From an uncultured Gammaproteobacteria bacterium (GTDB taxonomy: Bacteria; Patescibacteriota; Microgenomatia; JALYQM01): 64,000 bases of DNA. The notes below the pieces were generated by a model. The model worked only from the letters and a program-made list of their open reading frames with translations. It had not been told where the DNA came from and ran no database searches. The DNA lies in the NCBI GenBank assembly GCA_964403585.1, contig CAYOFQ010000001.1:712630-776629 (forward strand), in the 5' to 3' direction. Numbering within the stretch: the first letter of the stretch is position 1; every line of letters begins with the position of its first letter. A program made the position numbers and the translations under genes. Positions 56,299 to 64,000 of the stretch are shown here, piece after piece.

Positions 56299-57123
56299 TC
56301 ACTCCTTATCCGGAATGCTATATATTCCTTGATCGTCAGAGACAATACCGTCTCTGATCATTCCTGATACTATTTTTCTGAGCCGATCTTCATCTGTTCC
56401 GGTTGCATTGTACAAAGAGTCGAAATCAAGGCGGGGAGTATCCAGCAGCAACCGCACTATTTCACCGCGAATCTTGCGGTCCGAACCGAGAAAAGAGGAT
56501 TGTTTAGAATAATGGGCACTTTTCCTTCCGGGATTGGGCAGTGTCTTTTTTAGCATTACCCCGTAATCCATTAATGCATAGTACCACTCCCGTGGTTGTT
56601 CCGGGGCAACGGTCGCTGCCACTAAGGGCTCAATTTCTCTGTCAGTAATTTCAGTCCGATCGGCGAAAAAATGGTGAATAAATACAGTACGAATATTAGT
56701 CTCAATAAATACAGAAGGTAGATTATACGAATACGTATACACAGCGCAGGCCGTAGCATAGCCAATTCCGGGCAAAGCATCGAGCTCTTCAATCGAATTG
56801 GGTACTTTGCCTCCATGTTCGAGAACAACCTTTTGTGCCAATTTCATTAAATATAAAGCGCGTCGATTATATCCGAGCCCTTGCCACAACTTCAGGACAT
56901 CAGTCAGCGATGCCTTGGCCAATACCTCTACGGTCGGAAATTCTTCCAGAAATGCCAGGTACTTAGGAACCACCCGATCGGTTTGCGTTTGCTGCAGCAT
57001 CAGTTCGGAGACAATAATTGCGTAAGGATCGGTAGTTTCGCGCCAGGGAAAGGATCGTTTATGTGTTTTGTAGTAATTCCAAACTCGTTGCTGGAACTCA
57101 ATTAAATTATTTTGGTCAGTCAC
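56299..57123 (-). CDS. HhH-GPD base-excision DNA glycosylase, MutY-like N-terminal domain without Fe-S cysteine cluster
   Basis: VSELMLQQTQTDRVVPKYLAFLEEFPT...LWQGLGYNRRA...LPGIGYATACAV parallels MutY. There is no Cys-x6-Cys-x2-Cys-x5-Cys block. Confidence 0.7.
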   Translation of the reverse strand: MTDQNNLIEFQQRVWNYYKTHKRSFPWRETTDPYAIIVSELMLQQTQTDRVVPKYLAFLEEFPTVEVLAKASLTDVLKLWQGLGYNRRALYLMKLAQKVVLEHGGKVPNSIEELDALPGIGYATACAVYTYSYNLPSVFIETNIRTVFIHHFFADRTEITDREIEPLVAATVAPEQPREWYYALMDYGVMLKKTLPNPGRKSAHYSKQSSFLGSDRKIRGEIVRLLLDTPRLDFDSLYNATGTDEDRLRKIVSGMIRDGIVSDDQGIYSIPDKE

Positions 57124-57252
57124 ACAAGGAGTATACTATACCTATGAAGCTCTCCGGGAAACAAATGATCAGTCTCGTTCTCACCATCAACACCATTATT
57201 ATGCTGCTGATAGCCTGGTATATTTATACCCACTCTCCGTATTTCAAGTGAA

Positions 57253-57783
57253 TTAGAGTCTGTCCTTAGCTTTCAGAGCTTCAAGTTCCCGCATTACCAG
57301 CTGTAATTGCTTCTCAATTGTCTCAAGTGCTTTGTTGGTATTGGCAACATGGGCATCATGCTCATCCTGTTCTTCTTCTTCACTCATTTCCTGAACCTGA
57401 TCATGAATTTTATCAACATCACCCTCAATCTCATCAACATCTTTCGAGATTTCTTCGACATCGTCGCCAATCTCGCCGACGTCTTCCTGAATATCTTCAA
57501 CATCCTCCTGAATTTCATCAATATCTTTCTCTACGTCCTGAAGACTTTGTGTATTCCGGTTAACGGTCATCTGAATGAAAATTGCCAGATAAATAGCCTC
57601 CAGCGATACCGCTGTCGTCAAAATAAGCAAAATTGATTCGAAGCTAACTCCAAATAGTCGTAGGGCAAATATGGCAATAAAAAGAATGGTATGGACAATT
57701 ATCGAGATCGGGGTACCTACCCAGTCGGTAAGTTTGGTTGAAAGCTTCTCAAGTGGTGTAACTTCGCGTGGTTTATAAGTCAT
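57253..57783 (-). CDS. DUF1003-like membrane protein with acidic coiled-coil tail
   Basis: Two TM helices. A repeated acidic segment D(V/I)(E/D)EI..DV spans residues about 95-140. Confidence 0.5.
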   Translation of the reverse strand: MTYKPREVTPLEKLSTKLTDWVGTPISIIVHTILFIAIFALRLFGVSFESILLILTTAVSLEAIYLAIFIQMTVNRNTQSLQDVEKDIDEIQEDVEDIQEDVGEIGDDVEEISKDVDEIEGDVDKIHDQVQEMSEEEEQDEHDAHVANTNKALETIEKQLQLVMRELEALKAKDRL

Positions 57784-58249
57784 ATTTACCTCCGGACACG
57801 TAACAAGACTCTCCTGTAGAAAGAAGAATATGTGTATGTAAAATACTGATTAATTGCACTTTCCGAGGCTCGTTTTGTAATCTGAAGCTTTAACAACTAT
57901 TATTATACCAAAAAGCAATCCTATAGTAAACACCATATGATGCACTACTCACATATATATTGTCTACCATCCAATCAGATATGTCCACTGCGTGTATACC
58001 TAGTAGCGCATAAAGTAATTTTATGATATACTATAGGCCAGTAATATGTTATTACTGTGGATTGAGTTGGTACTCAATTCGGGCCGTTCATTAACAACAA
58101 AAGACAGGATAGGCACAAAAATGCCTATTATGGAATTCTCCCTTAAATTCCTCTCACGCTGTTAAAGTCGAACTAAGTGCTGGACTACGGCTCGAGTATT
58201 TTGTTCGACTTTAATAAGGAAGGAGGTGAAATATACTATGTCTCTAGGA

Positions 58250-58492
58250 ACTAAAACGGGAACTCCGACGAGTTATGACGAGCGAAGCGCACACCCGCTC
58301 ACACACGCAACGTACGACGCTCTGGTCGACAGACTGGGAGCTTTGGCCGTGGCCGAAATGAGCGAGCAGCAGCTCGCCGCACTGGTCGCCGGAGGCGAGC
58401 CGATTGACGAATCTGAAGCAGGCATGCTCAAAGGAGTGGCATCTATGGCCACACTAATGGGCGCCAGCAGTCAGGCGGTCGGCAAGGCGTAG
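58250..58492 (+). CDS. small GC-rich hypothetical ORF (~80 aa) downstream of tRNA-Pro
   Basis: RBS aggaaggagg. A 12-bp inverted repeat lies in the leader. The track's start is GTG, so the ATG at 58250 was used. Confidence 0.3.
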   Translation, partial: TKTGTPTSYDERSAHPLTHATYDALVDRLGALAVAEMSEQQLAALVAGGEPIDESEAGMLKGVASMATLMGASSQAVGKA

Positions 58493-58671
58493 GAGCAAGA
58501 GACAGAAGGGAGAGAGGAACGGCGTAACCATGCCACACTGCGACTCGGTCAGCCGTGCTGACAGTTTCCGCGCTGTGCGTGTGTTGTACCGCTCCTTTTA
58601 CCCTTCTGTCTTTTGTTGTCCCTTTTTTGAAGAATCTCTTGTATAAATGAAGAAATTTAGGAATTAACTTG

Positions 58672-58744
58672 TCGGGGCGACATGACTCGAACATGCGACC
58701 TCATGGTCCCAAACCACGCGCTCTACCAACTGAGCTACGCCCCG
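58672..58744 (-). tRNA. tRNA-Pro (anticodon TGG)
   Basis: C1-G72 acceptor cggggcg/cgccccg is common for tRNA-Pro. Anticodon loop tTTGGga with G37. T-loop TTCGAGT. Confidence 0.85.
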
Positions 58745-58938
58745 TAAACGCTATTTTAACAATTTAGTTGAGGCATAGCAAGCATACTCTTTAGGTAAGG
58801 CATTTCTCTAAATTTTGGATACAATAGAGGAAAGATAGGAAAGAGAGATGTGGTCGACGCTGTGCGTTTGCGCGCGAGGCGCCGACCACGGTGTGTTTGG
58901 TTCTCTCTAAAAAGTTACTAGTCGGAAAATATCTTCAC

Positions 58939-60198
58939 TTACATGTTGAAATAGTCCGGTAGACCCCGCGGCATTTGCGGAGAACCGTAAAAGGTCCGCT
59001 GAAAGTGAATTATTTCGTCCGAGCTGAGCTGTTCGACTACTTGACTGATAAAAGACTTGTAACACCCGTAGGTGTACGAGTTCTTGTCAATAAAGTAGAT
59101 CGGTGTGCCGGGAGCTTCTCGACTCATTAAGTCGTTCAGTATTAGTAAAAGTACTGTAGCCCAACCGTCTCCTGCGATATATTGTCCACCTGCTGTGACT
59201 TTGCTGACAGATACGTAGGTGTCGACCCATTCCTCGGCGACGTCTCCGGACTCGCCTTTAATGATATCGCCGTATGCGTATGCGACCCGAGTGTTACTCG
59301 AGCGCTCCCAGATTTCAACCCTGATCTTTTCGCTCGGCCAATCCGAACTGGGGTTCCGAAGAACACGCAACTCAAACAGGTCGTTGTTGAAACCTCCAAA
59401 CCGCTGCATTAACTGGCAAGGATCGTTTGGTGGGGGTGTAGGGAATGAAAGCTCGTCTTCACCAACTTTTTCCCTGCTGGAACCCTCTACCTGTTCGGCG
59501 GCGAGTGACCATTGTCGTGCGTTTGCCCGAACTCGCGACTTAGCGATGTTCTCATGCGGTGAATATGGAGGGATTGTTTGCCCCCACATATCCGCGGTCT
59601 TGAGTGATTCACCGATCTGGTGAATCACGGCATAGGCTATTATACCTACGCCAACCGCCGCGACTGCCACCAGAATTACCGGCGTGCTTGCTGCCAGCAA
59701 GGCTCCCGATACAGCAGCGGCCACAAGGACCGTGCCGATGTAGGCTCCGCCTGGTATTGGAACTCCATTTCCCACGCCAGCAAGATTGAAAGGAATTTGT
59801 TTGAGGTTCGGGTCGTGCACCTTGAATTCAAACAAGTTGCCTTTTCGGGTTGAAGTGGGATTTATGGTTAACGAGTTACCCGAAGATAGGTCAGACGGGT
59901 CAAGCGGAAACACTGGCTGGTTAAGCATCGGCGCCATTTCGCTCGGCGCGTACATGCTTGCCCCATCCTCCATGATGAAAAGAAGGTCGTCCCTCTGGAA
60001 CACTGACCCGTTTGCAAGGGCCGTGCCCCAAAAGACATCCAGACGGACGTACGAATCTCCCTCAGGCCCATCGGCCCAGGGGAGCATGACCTGGTATTGG
60101 TTTGCTTCCGGTTTGGGACTAGCCTGGACCGAAGCACCCATCGACGCGAGCACCAACAGCGCACTCAATGCGAAAATCCAGAATGCCCTATGTTTCAA
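58939..60198 (-). CDS. secreted hypothetical protein with central TM segment (419 aa)
   Basis: Signal peptide. GC-elevated coding. Confidence 0.5.
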   Translation of the reverse strand: MKHRAFWIFALSALLVLASMGASVQASPKPEANQYQVMLPWADGPEGDSYVRLDVFWGTALANGSVFQRDDLLFIMEDGASMYAPSEMAPMLNQPVFPLDPSDLSSGNSLTINPTSTRKGNLFEFKVHDPNLKQIPFNLAGVGNGVPIPGGAYIGTVLVAAAVSGALLAASTPVILVAVAAVGVGIIAYAVIHQIGESLKTADMWGQTIPPYSPHENIAKSRVRANARQWSLAAEQVEGSSREKVGEDELSFPTPPPNDPCQLMQRFGGFNNDLFELRVLRNPSSDWPSEKIRVEIWERSSNTRVAYAYGDIIKGESGDVAEEWVDTYVSVSKVTAGGQYIAGDGWATVLLLILNDLMSREAPGTPIYFIDKNSYTYGCYKSFISQVVEQLSSDEIIHFQRTFYGSPQMPRGLPDYFNM

Positions 60199-60328
60199 AG
60201 TACCATTCTCCTAATGCTGTTAAAGAACCAAACACATCCTATAGTATATCATAATATGATAATCAGATCAATTATTGATACTACGTTGAGAGATTTCTTT
60301 AAGAAAAGATCGAGAGTTTGGCTAAAAT

Positions 60329-60781
60329 CTATTCAGAAGTTTCTTTACCATTAGTCCAATCGGCTACTCTACGGATCAATGCGGCGTAATTACCTAAACG
60401 TGAAGCCACTTCCAATGTAGTAGCCATTCGTGATCCAATACCGGTTTGCTTCATAAGCTCATGCAGTCTCTTCCGCTGCCCCATTACTGTCAAATCATAT
60501 TCCATCTGGGCGGGATTCTCGCCGTCTTGCGAACCGTGTCTTGCGATATCCTGTAAAGGCGCTGCTTCGTGCAATATAAGCCCGATTTCCGCCACTTGTC
60601 GTAAAACCCCTGCCGCTTTGATCGCCCTGAAAAACTTATCTTGCGCTAGAGTAAGCCGCCTTCGACTTTCCGGGGTATCGGCAAATCCTAACAAATCTGC
60701 ACGACTATTCAACAACCAATTCAAATGGGGCTCAAGTGTACGATCGCCTAAATCTTCCCGCAATAATAAAGTTTCCGGCAT
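60329..60781 (-). CDS. hypothetical protein (150 aa)
   Basis: ORF only. Confidence 0.4.
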   Translation of the reverse strand: MPETLLLREDLGDRTLEPHLNWLLNSRADLLGFADTPESRRRLTLAQDKFFRAIKAAGVLRQVAEIGLILHEAAPLQDIARHGSQDGENPAQMEYDLTVMGQRKRLHELMKQTGIGSRMATTLEVASRLGNYAALIRRVADWTNGKETSE

Positions 60782-60789
60782 AAATTCTC

Positions 60790-61224
60790 CTAATAACCTC
60801 TCCTTGATAACGCTTCGCGGACCGCCAGCGCGTACGAAGTTGTGTAATCACCCTTGCGCTTAGCAAAAGCTGTTACATCAGAAGCTGACAAAGTCAGAGC
60901 ATGAGTTCCAATAAGATCTGAAATTTGCTGCTCAGCTTGCTCCCGCACTCGTCCATATACTAAACCAATTCCCGGGGTATCACATCCGATATCAGGCATA
61001 CCACCGACAAGAATCGGGCTGGACATATGCAAATGTTCACCAATTTCAATAATACGCCGTAAAACTTCATCTCCGGCACTTTGAAGTGCGGTAAAGACTT
61101 CATTGTCGCCAACCGTATAAACCACACGGCTCCACTTCGCGTCTAATTGAGTACGGGAACGGGAGGACAGGTCGATAGAAGTAACTATTCTTTCAGCGAT
61201 AAGCTGTCTATTGAAGACATACAA
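60790..61224 (-). CDS. hypothetical protein (144 aa)
   Basis: It ends 4 nt before the tRNA-Leu 3' end. Confidence 0.4.
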   Translation of the reverse strand: MYVFNRQLIAERIVTSIDLSSRSRTQLDAKWSRVVYTVGDNEVFTALQSAGDEVLRRIIEIGEHLHMSSPILVGGMPDIGCDTPGIGLVYGRVREQAEQQISDLIGTHALTLSASDVTAFAKRKGDYTTSYALAVREALSRRGY

Positions 61225-61228
61225 TACG

Positions 61229-61311
61229 TGCCGGGAGAGGGAGTCGAACCCTCACGCCTTTGAGGGCGAGGGATTTTAAGTCCCTTGCGTCTGCCATTCC
61301 GCCACCCCGGC
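61229..61311 (-). tRNA. tRNA-Leu (anticodon TAA), type II with long variable arm
   Basis: GCCGGGGTGGCGGAATGGCAGACGC... parallels the E. coli tRNA-Leu architecture. Anticodon loop cTTAAaa. Variable arm cgccctcaaaggcgtg. Confidence 0.85.
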
Positions 61312-61379
61312 TCATAAACTTTCATTATTCTATCAGGTTATTGCAAAAGGGAAAAGAGTTACTTAAAATACGCCAACCC

Positions 61380-61916
61380 ATGGCATACCAGGAAGCATTA
61401 CGATCACTTTTGCGATACGTTAACCAAGGACGGGGGGAGAATGGCGGCCCTTGTGTGCCTTTCAGCGTGGAATGTCTATTCCCATCCCGAGTGAATCTTC
61501 CACCACGTTTCTACGCCTTAGCAGGTGAAAGAGGTATGGCGGTCGAGGAAATCATCCCACCATTAACTCAAGCCGGAATACTATATGTAACTGAGTTTAA
61601 TACTCCCTTAACCGCGGATAGCAAGAGAACATTAAGGGAAGTACTGGATGATCCTGCAATTCCGGGAATTTTAGTACGCGAGCTAGCGCAAGAAGAATCA
61701 CACCTATTCTCTGTTCAGGGGCCAGCAACACGCATACTCGGTCGATACCGGGTATACGATACCGGTACTAGAAAACTTTCGTATTATGCCTGGGCAGGAA
61801 GTATCCTAAAACGAGCACTGACGCGTGTTCCAGACGAACAGTATATCGGGGTAGTACACAAAGGTCCAAACTGGGGAGATCAAAAGGCGCTGAGAAGACT
61901 CGGCGGCAAAGTATAA
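61380..61916 (+). CDS. hypothetical protein (~178 aa)
   Basis: The start is set at an internal M that clears the tRNA. Confidence 0.4.
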   Translation: MAYQEALRSLLRYVNQGRGENGGPCVPFSVECLFPSRVNLPPRFYALAGERGMAVEEIIPPLTQAGILYVTEFNTPLTADSKRTLREVLDDPAIPGILVRELAQEESHLFSVQGPATRILGRYRVYDTGTRKLSYYAWAGSILKRALTRVPDEQYIGVVHKGPNWGDQKALRRLGGKV

Positions 61917-62642
61917 CTACACTTCCCAAGTTTCCACCACTTCAACATCGGTACCTGGGTTTTCGCGCGTCGGCCGCAGTATTCGTACACCTGCTGGCAT
62001 CTCAGGATTTGCCCAGTAATACAGTGTTTCTGCGTCAGTCAGAGTCATGTTCACGCACCCGTGCGACATCGGATGACCGAAATTATTATGCCAGTAGGTG
62101 CTGTGGAAACTGATCGCCTGGTCAAAAAACTGGACGAACTGAACGTTAGGCAGGTAATAATACGTACCGAGTGCCCGGTCGCCGCCTTTCATCGCCTGCG
62201 AGCGAACTTTGTACCAGATCTTAAAATTCCCCGTGCGGGTGCGTCCGTACAGTCCGGTGGAAACCAGGAAATTAAAGACAACCCGGTTCCCTTCGTACGC
62301 ATAGACACGCTGATCCTCCAGATCCACAACAATACGCTTCTTTTCTGTTGAAGAACCGAGAACCGCTAGTGTTGGAGCCGGTTTATAGGCTAATGACCGC
62401 AGAGTATCAGTCGGAGTAACAAATTCGGTATTATTAAATATATAGGTGTTTTCACCCTCTTTGAAATTACCATCCTGGTTCAGAACATTTTCCTGAACGT
62501 ATTTATCCGTAAGCAGTTCATTAACCGGCTCAGCTGCTTTTACCAGGCCACTATTTGCGGGGAGATGCAGCACTTTTAATCCGCCCACCATAATTCCGGC
62601 TGCTAAGAGGAAAAAAGATATAACTAAAACCTGAGGTTTCAT
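61917..62642 (-). CDS. L,D-transpeptidase (YkuD domain)
   Basis: Catalytic HSTYWHNNFGHPMSHGCVNM motif. N-terminal signal/TM. Confidence 0.75.
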   Translation of the reverse strand: MKPQVLVISFFLLAAGIMVGGLKVLHLPANSGLVKAAEPVNELLTDKYVQENVLNQDGNFKEGENTYIFNNTEFVTPTDTLRSLAYKPAPTLAVLGSSTEKKRIVVDLEDQRVYAYEGNRVVFNFLVSTGLYGRTRTGNFKIWYKVRSQAMKGGDRALGTYYYLPNVQFVQFFDQAISFHSTYWHNNFGHPMSHGCVNMTLTDAETLYYWANPEMPAGVRILRPTRENPGTDVEVVETWEV

Positions 62643-62643
62643 A

Positions 62644-63144
62644 TTATTGCTTTGGCACCGCTACTTTTGGATTTTTGCGTAGCATTGCTACACCAAAACC
62701 TGCACAGCTAATGATTACCAAGAATATGATAATACTGAGAACGATACTTGGTCCACTGGGAGGTTGGGAATCGGTAGAGGCCTGGACCTCACCGGTCGGC
62801 TGCGGAGTTGCGGTCGGCATGAGTGTAGGAGTGGGTGTCGGTGAAGCAGTAACTGTCGGACTCGGTGATGCTGTTTTTACGACCGGTTTTTTTGTTGCCG
62901 CCGCGGTTGGCTTCGCAGTAGCAGTTGTCGAAGGAGAAGGCGACACCGATGGACTTGGTGAAACCGACGCACTGGCACTTGGCGAAGGTGTTGTTGTAAC
63001 AGTCGGACTTGGTGACGGTGTTGCCGTTACGTCCGGCGAAATATCAATAGCGGGCATGCCGCTTGGCGTTTGAGCATTCACCGGAACTACTACAACCAGC
63101 AACAAAAGTAAGGCGCAAAGCGCAATGGCAGTACTTTTTATCAT
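62644..63144 (-). CDS. Ser/Pro/Thr-rich surface protein with N-terminal signal and C-terminal TM plus basic tail
   Basis: Low-complexity TPSPSPT repeats. The start is set at MIKSTAIALCALLL. Confidence 0.45.
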   Translation of the reverse strand: MIKSTAIALCALLLLLVVVVPVNAQTPSGMPAIDISPDVTATPSPSPTVTTTPSPSASASVSPSPSVSPSPSTTATAKPTAAATKKPVVKTASPSPTVTASPTPTPTLMPTATPQPTGEVQASTDSQPPSGPSIVLSIIIFLVIISCAGFGVAMLRKNPKVAVPKQ

Positions 63145-63175
63145 GCATTTATAGTACGCATTTGAATCTGTCGTG

Positions 63176-64000
63176 TCAATTGTTCTTGATCGCATGACCG
63201 CCAAACCGATTTCGTAATACGGCGACAACTTTTGCCGAGAACGAATCTTCCTGCCGGGAGCGATACCGGACAAAAAGTGAGTGGGCCAGAGTAGTAAGAG
63301 GCACTTTATATTGCAATGCTGTTTCCACCGACCACTGTGCTTCACCATTATCCTCAACATATCCTTTAACTGCAGTTAAGTCATTATCTTCCTTAAAGGC
63401 GTCTTCCGCCAAATGCATCAGCTTTGATTGAATAATACTTCCGCTATTCCAGATATCGGCTATTTCACCTAAGTTCAAGCCGGGGTAAGGACCATGCTTT
63501 ATAAGTTCAAAGCCCTCACCCATTGCCTGTAGAAAGCCATATTCAACGGCGTTGTGCACCATCTTCACAAAGTGACCGGCACCGGCCGGGCCAACATACT
63601 TGTAACCGTTTACTACCGAAAGCGACTCAAACAGCGGGCGCAGTTCCTCAAAAACTTCTTTTTCACCGCCAATCATTAAACACGCACCACTGCGGGCTCC
63701 ACCCGGACCGCCACTGGTACCGCTATCCAGGAAGTGAATTCCCAACTCGGCGCATTTTTCCGCTCGTCGTTTTGAATCATTAAAGTTGGAGTTTCCACCA
63801 TCAATAATAATGTCACCCTTCTTTAAATGTGAAACCAGATTATGCGAACCAAATAACATATCTTCGGTAACATCACCGGCAGTTAACATAATCCAAATTA
63901 CTTTTCGTTCATCAACCAATTGTGATACGACATCCGCCGGCGAATTTGCGGCTGTGGCACCGGCTTTAACGACTTCCTCAAGAGGCGCAGGTGATCTGTT
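63176..64000 (-). CDS. 6-phosphogluconate dehydrogenase-like NAD-binding protein (decarboxylating, YqeC/Gnd-like), 5' end beyond window
   Basis: IIDGGNS, GTSGGPGGARSGACLMIGG and GAGHFVKMVHNAVEYG motifs. The frame stays open to nt 64000. The apparent track start is a non-ATG codon. Confidence 0.7.
   Translation of the reverse strand, partial: NRSPAPLEEVVKAGATAANSPADVVSQLVDERKVIWIMLTAGDVTEDMLFGSHNLVSHLKKGDIIIDGGNSNFNDSKRRAEKCAELGIHFLDSGTSGGPGGARSGACLMIGGEKEVFEELRPLFESLSVVNGYKYVGPAGAGHFVKMVHNAVEYGFLQAMGEGFELIKHGPYPGLNLGEIADIWNSGSIIQSKLMHLAEDAFKEDNDLTAVKGYVEDNGEAQWSVETALQYKVPLTTLAHSLFVRYRSRQEDSFSAKVVAVLRNRFGGHAIKNN

Noticed and set aside
61260-61379. Track start of the 218-aa ORF overlapping tRNA-Leu
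   Set aside because: It overlaps the tRNA on the opposite strand. The internal ATG at 61380 is used instead.

Overview
The window is about 64 kb of a bacterial chromosome. Background GC is about 40-45% in sampled stretches. It is coding-dense, with many ORFans and with envelope genes typical of a Gram-positive-like or CPR/Patescibacteria-like organism: a sortase, a SipW/TasA pair, an L,D-transpeptidase and a compact RNase P RNA of about 300 nt. The lineage assignment is inference only.

Recognisable housekeeping genes:
- miaA, an AI-2E family transporter, a RecT-family annealing protein and comM/yifB
- a DUF3048 lipoprotein, secD and secF
- a cupin-type mannose-6-phosphate isomerase with phosphomannomutase
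- rplJ and rplL, which sit apart from rplKA and rpoBC
- a YhaM-like HD/OB nuclease, PEP synthase and a type-II P-type ATPase
- yvcK, maf (interrupted by a frameshift in a C6 run) and a GlmU-like nucleotidyltransferase
- a PQQ-type sugar dehydrogenase, a MutY-like glycosylase, an L,D-transpeptidase and a partial 6PGDH-like gene

RNA genes are rnpB and four tRNAs, all on the minus strand: Arg-TCT, Gly-TCC, Pro-TGG and Leu-TAA.

Accessory and candidate-novel content:
1. A roughly 90-nt structured element occurs twice, with compensatory stem changes between copies.
2. A consensus sigma70 promoter drives a structured, non-coding leader of about 480 nt. It precedes a small GC-rich acidic ORF, an unannotated 38-codon ORF and an anti-sigma-kinase-like (HATPase) protein.
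3. Two divergent giant ORFans (905 and 827 aa) flank a DUF4258 toxin-like gene.
4. A GC-rich island of about 2.8 kb abuts the tRNA-Arg 3' end.
5. A second GC-elevated block lies between tRNA-Pro and tRNA-Leu.
6. An ica/pga-like exopolysaccharide operon (GT2, small TM protein, CE4 deacetylase with CBM, GlmU-like) has a sortase embedded in it.
7. A SipW-type signal peptidase carries a long low-complexity tail and sits next to a TasA-like gene.

No CRISPR array, rRNA, integrase or transposase was seen.
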